DNA of 41,456 nucleotides from Candidatus Thorarchaeota archaeon (GTDB lineage Archaea; Asgardarchaeota; Thorarchaeia; Thorarchaeales; Thorarchaeaceae): NCBI GenBank assembly GCA_048884965.1, contig JBHLQH010000032.1, positions 1 to 41,456 of the forward strand, read 5' to 3'. Shown piece by piece: positions 39,301 to 41,456 of this stretch (position 1 is its first letter; each line of letters starts with the position of its first letter). The notes under the pieces were generated by a model. It saw only the letters and a program-made list of their open reading frames with translations, ran no database searches and was not told where the DNA came from. The position numbers and the translations under genes were made by a program.

Positions 39301-39685
39301 CAACAGACATCTCTACTAGGACCTTTGCCTTCTCCGTTGCCAGCTCCTTCTCAGCCATGTGACACCAGCTGACATGTTCTCGAAGATTGACTTGATCATA
39401 CAGAAATGGATTGAGTCCTACACTTTCTATACACTCTCTGAAGACGGGCTCATGCGTTCGTGGTGTACAAGATGCAACTACTATTCGATTGAGCTCGTGC
39501 TCCGTAATTGCTTTCTTAATATTCTCCTGTCCGTCGTCAGAGCACGCAAACATCAAATCAATTGCATATGCAACATCCTGCAATCCTGATGCATAGTGAG
39601 CGACTTCCTCACAATCAACTGTGCCATGGATATTCAAACCACAATGGCAGACAAAGACACCAGTTCTAACTTCACTTGAGACCAT
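36314..39685 (-). CDS. hdrA: HdrA with an inserted GltD/NfnB-like NAD(P)H oxidoreductase module (HdrL-type)
   Basis: GVFVCHCG, SCTP, GGGVAG, LDKVFP..DCSIC. Insert: CRITCPAH, GRVCPGICETEC, GAGPAG, GGLLRWGIP, GGGNAAVD, YRRS, FAGGD. Then CVGSRD and a C-terminal 2x[4Fe-4S]. Confidence 0.92.
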   Translation of the reverse strand: MVSSEVRTGVFVCHCGLNIHGTVDCEEVAHYASGLQDVAYAIDLMFACSDDGQENIKKAITEHELNRIVVASCTPRTHEPVFRECIESVGLNPFLYDQVNLREHVSWCHMAEKELATEKAKVLVEMSVERVRNLEELEKQVVPVTRRTAVIGGGVAGISAALDLAKAGFQTYLIEKRPTIGGQMALLDKVFPQNDCSICILGPIMAEVGRHPNIELMTYSEIDKVDGYVGNFNVRVRRKARYIDPNLCNACTDCEKVCPSEVKNEYEFGLGFRKAVHIPFPQATPNAHTITKRGDPECRITCPAHVNAQAFIALMRIGEYAAALEEVRKAIPFPGVLGRVCPGICETECARNLVDESVDIRNLHRWLADYEREQKAYEPHPIDIEKEEAVAIVGAGPAGIACGERLARQGYPVTIFEAREEPGGLLRWGIPEHRLPREILSEEIQMVRDLGVKIKLGSRVHSCSSLFEKGFKAVFLAIGALESRKLLIPGEDASGVHYALEFLDEVNSGNMIKLGNRVIVVGGGNAAVDAARTARRLGSKYVTILYRRSRSEMPAIYQEIRDAEEEGIQLEVLASPIEIQTDGTKIVGVNCIRMRLGEPDESGRRRPIPIKNSEFEMKATDIIIAVGQGVSPKGPHSELSLTKWGTPEVDPETLETSMKGVFAGGDLTTGGGLVIDAVKAGQEAAESITRYLRSLGLTLDRKIQFNPIPQAELGLKEVSKVPRYPIVKVASSKRTKSFSEVERGFSEKTALLEANRCMSCGVCSECMRCVDACPKDAIDHSMTDSYQTLEVGTIVVATGFDIYDPSETREFGYGVFENVITNAQLERLTNAAGHTHGKVKRPSDQAVPKSVAFVQCVGSRDRRTNQDYCCYYGCENSLKQATQIKEKYPETEVTIFAMDIRTHGLGYEGLYRRAREMGVIIVKGRPSEIEENVTDKTLTVLAEDLYTGELLQKTFDMVVLVSSMIPNKDTQQLSRKINVSTGEYGFLTEAHPKLRPVDTFREGVFLAGAVLGPMDIPKAVAYGKAAAAGAQSLMAPGEFKVEPIFAEIDTGLCIDCNLCAEICPFGAISGDKDERKVMFELCQGCGTCAAGCPQNAIDVQHYRYDQIMPQIRAASRPRGGIVE

Positions 39686-40578
39686 TAAACCCCACCTCCC
39701 GTAAATTTCTCCAAAAAGGACGTCGTCTTGATTGTATGAAGATCCAATCCAATTTCCGAAGGATCAATCCCAAAAGCAAGAGCAAGGACCTGTGGATAGT
39801 GTAGCACAGGTATATCCAAGTCATCTTCGTTATACTTCTTTGCGACTATCTTCTGACCCATATCGTGCTGCAAGTGACATAGCGAACAGACTGTGACGAT
39901 TGCATCAACCTTGGCCAATGATGCATCTTTCAAACGAGCTCTAAGTACCTTGTCGGCGAGGTCATCATCAGCACCCCGTAGGAGCCCTCCGCAACAACGA
40001 TGTCTTCCAGTATACTGCTTGCTTGTCAGTCCAATTGCTTCCAGAATCTCATCAGCAAAGGTTGGTCTTTCTGAGTACTCGATATTTAGCAACTCATGCG
40101 GCTTCAACATATGACATCCGTATCTGAGTCCAATCTCCAACCCACCCATGCTCGTAGTCACATGTTCAGTGATGGTGTCTAGTCCAATCTGGTTGTAGAG
40201 AAAATCAATCAGATGATGAGCCTCAACGGTGCCTCTATACCGAAGACCTGCTCTCCGCAGAATCTCGTTCACTTTCTCCCTCATTTCAGGATATTCTCTT
40301 AGAGTATGATTGACCCTTTTGTATGAATGAAAGCATCCGCTGCATGGAGTAATCAAATCAAGTCCCATCGCTTCCACTTTGGCGAGGTTTCTTGCCGCTA
40401 GGGCAATACTTGTCGTTAGGTCCAAGGATTGCATCCAGAACGGCGCACAACAGGTTTCGTTCGGAAGATCGACAAATTCTACATTTAGCTTGTCAAGCAC
40501 TCTTCTGGTCGAAGCTTCATATCCGATGAGTGAACGCCTTGATGGGACAAGACATCCCCAAGCAATAGCGTATTTCAT
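39685..40578 (-). CDS. hdrB: Heterodisulfide reductase subunit B
   Basis: Two CCG-type domains: WGC...TCCA...CSGC and YGCH...CCGG...CSLC; PVLHYPQVL. Confidence 0.93.
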   Translation of the reverse strand: MKYAIAWGCLVPSRRSLIGYEASTRRVLDKLNVEFVDLPNETCCAPFWMQSLDLTTSIALAARNLAKVEAMGLDLITPCSGCFHSYKRVNHTLREYPEMREKVNEILRRAGLRYRGTVEAHHLIDFLYNQIGLDTITEHVTTSMGGLEIGLRYGCHMLKPHELLNIEYSERPTFADEILEAIGLTSKQYTGRHRCCGGLLRGADDDLADKVLRARLKDASLAKVDAIVTVCSLCHLQHDMGQKIVAKKYNEDDLDIPVLHYPQVLALAFGIDPSEIGLDLHTIKTTSFLEKFTGGGV

Positions 40579-41132
40579 TCCTCAGCCTCCTTTCTGGCAT
40601 ATTTCTCTAATATCCGATTGAACCCTGAAGCCTCGAAGATCTTGTGAACCTCCTCTAGTGAAGGAGCTTGTAGCTCAGGGAGTCCTAGTCGTTCCCGCAT
40701 TTTATCCACTGCGTGCGTTTTAGGGGCGACTCGACCATTCGTTGCGATTTGCCGCGCCATTTTCAGATATCCTTCTGCGGCATAGCCCTCCTCAACTGCC
40801 TTATTCCTCAGGATCGTCACAACATCTGTGAAGTTCACTTCTTGAACACAACGTTCCTCACAGGTAAAACATGCAGCACACATCCAGATGTCTGAAGAAA
40901 ACAATACCTGATCGCGGAGTCCAAGAAGCACATTTCCCAAGACTTTCCGCGGTCTGTAATCGGTGACTGCGCTTACAGGGCATCCACCGCTACACGCACC
41001 GCATTTCAAGCATCTCAGCAATCCCTCTCCTCCGACACTTGAAGAGATTTCATACTTGAATAGATCATCAATGTCAGAATCAAGAATTGGGATGTTTTCC
41101 TTCTGAACTCGTTCCTTATCCAAATCACTCAC
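40575..41132 (-). CDS. hdrC: Heterodisulfide reductase subunit C
   Basis: CLKCGACSGGCP and WMCAACFTCEERC; GTG start with an AGGTGA SD. Confidence 0.93.
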   Translation of the reverse strand: MSDLDKERVQKENIPILDSDIDDLFKYEISSSVGGEGLLRCLKCGACSGGCPVSAVTDYRPRKVLGNVLLGLRDQVLFSSDIWMCAACFTCEERCVQEVNFTDVVTILRNKAVEEGYAAEGYLKMARQIATNGRVAPKTHAVDKMRERLGLPELQAPSLEEVHKIFEASGFNRILEKYARKEAEE

Positions 41133-41456
41133 TTGATGTCACCTACATGTTTCCCTGAAACGCCATTCATGCGATCAGGCTATGATAATCAAGGAAAATT
41201 CTCTAGGAACGCATCTAGGACAAAAGGTACACTTGTCTATGATTCTCTCAGGGGATTAGTTGAATATATAACATAGCTTAAGCTTACATATAACTCAATA
41301 CCATAGTTAAACAAACAATCATATATATATAATAATAAATAGGAAGTTTAAGAGCTTAGTTTCAAAATAGAGCTTTTTGGCTTCTTGGTTGTTCTGTGAA
41401 TTTACAATCAGGATACAAGTAATTTGAATTCCAAACATTCTGAAACAAGAAGTAGA

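Noticed and set aside
34537-41132. Selenocysteine (TGA) or pyrrolysine readthrough in hdrA/mvhD
   Set aside because: All Fe-S motifs use Cys codons and the ORFs are complete. The hdrA TAG overlaps the next gene's GTG in a different frame.
41133-41456. AT-rich terminal region considered as a replication origin
   Set aside because: No ORB-like repeats or cdc6/orc1 visible; more simply the hdr operon promoter region.

Overview
Archaeal genomic window, most likely from an Asgard archaeon such as Thorarchaeia. This is inferred from the gene families, the GGAGGTGA/GGTGA Shine-Dalgarno (SD) motifs and the TTTATATA TATA boxes; no marker gene is present. In order, it contains: a giant (~2600 aa) type-I membrane protein built from ~17 Ig-like repeats with a cytoplasmic tail; cupin, PIN/helical-repeat, GT87-like, ADP-forming acyl-CoA synthetase alpha, 'two-CW' Cys-rich, LRR and PLP fold-II genes; and a second giant (2191 aa) membrane-anchored protein. 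The second giant combines three blocks of DxDxDG Ca-binding repeats, a fascin-like segment, an internal hydrophobic hairpin region and an NHL-type propeller. These are followed by an MFS-TetR unit with three clearly visible operator palindromes, ppdK, two paralogous FN3/Ig surface proteins flanking intergenic stem-loops, and a coupled hdrC-hdrB-hdrA/gltD fusion-mvhD-short hdrA-wHTH operon with no hydrogenase subunits. No CRISPR array, tRNA, rRNA or transposase was recognised. The best novelty candidates are the 2191-aa toxin/translocon-like surface protein, the asymmetric NADPH-linked Hdr complex with its wHTH partner, the receptor-like giant Ig protein and two putative structured RNAs. Domain calls come from motif recognition by eye, not database searches.
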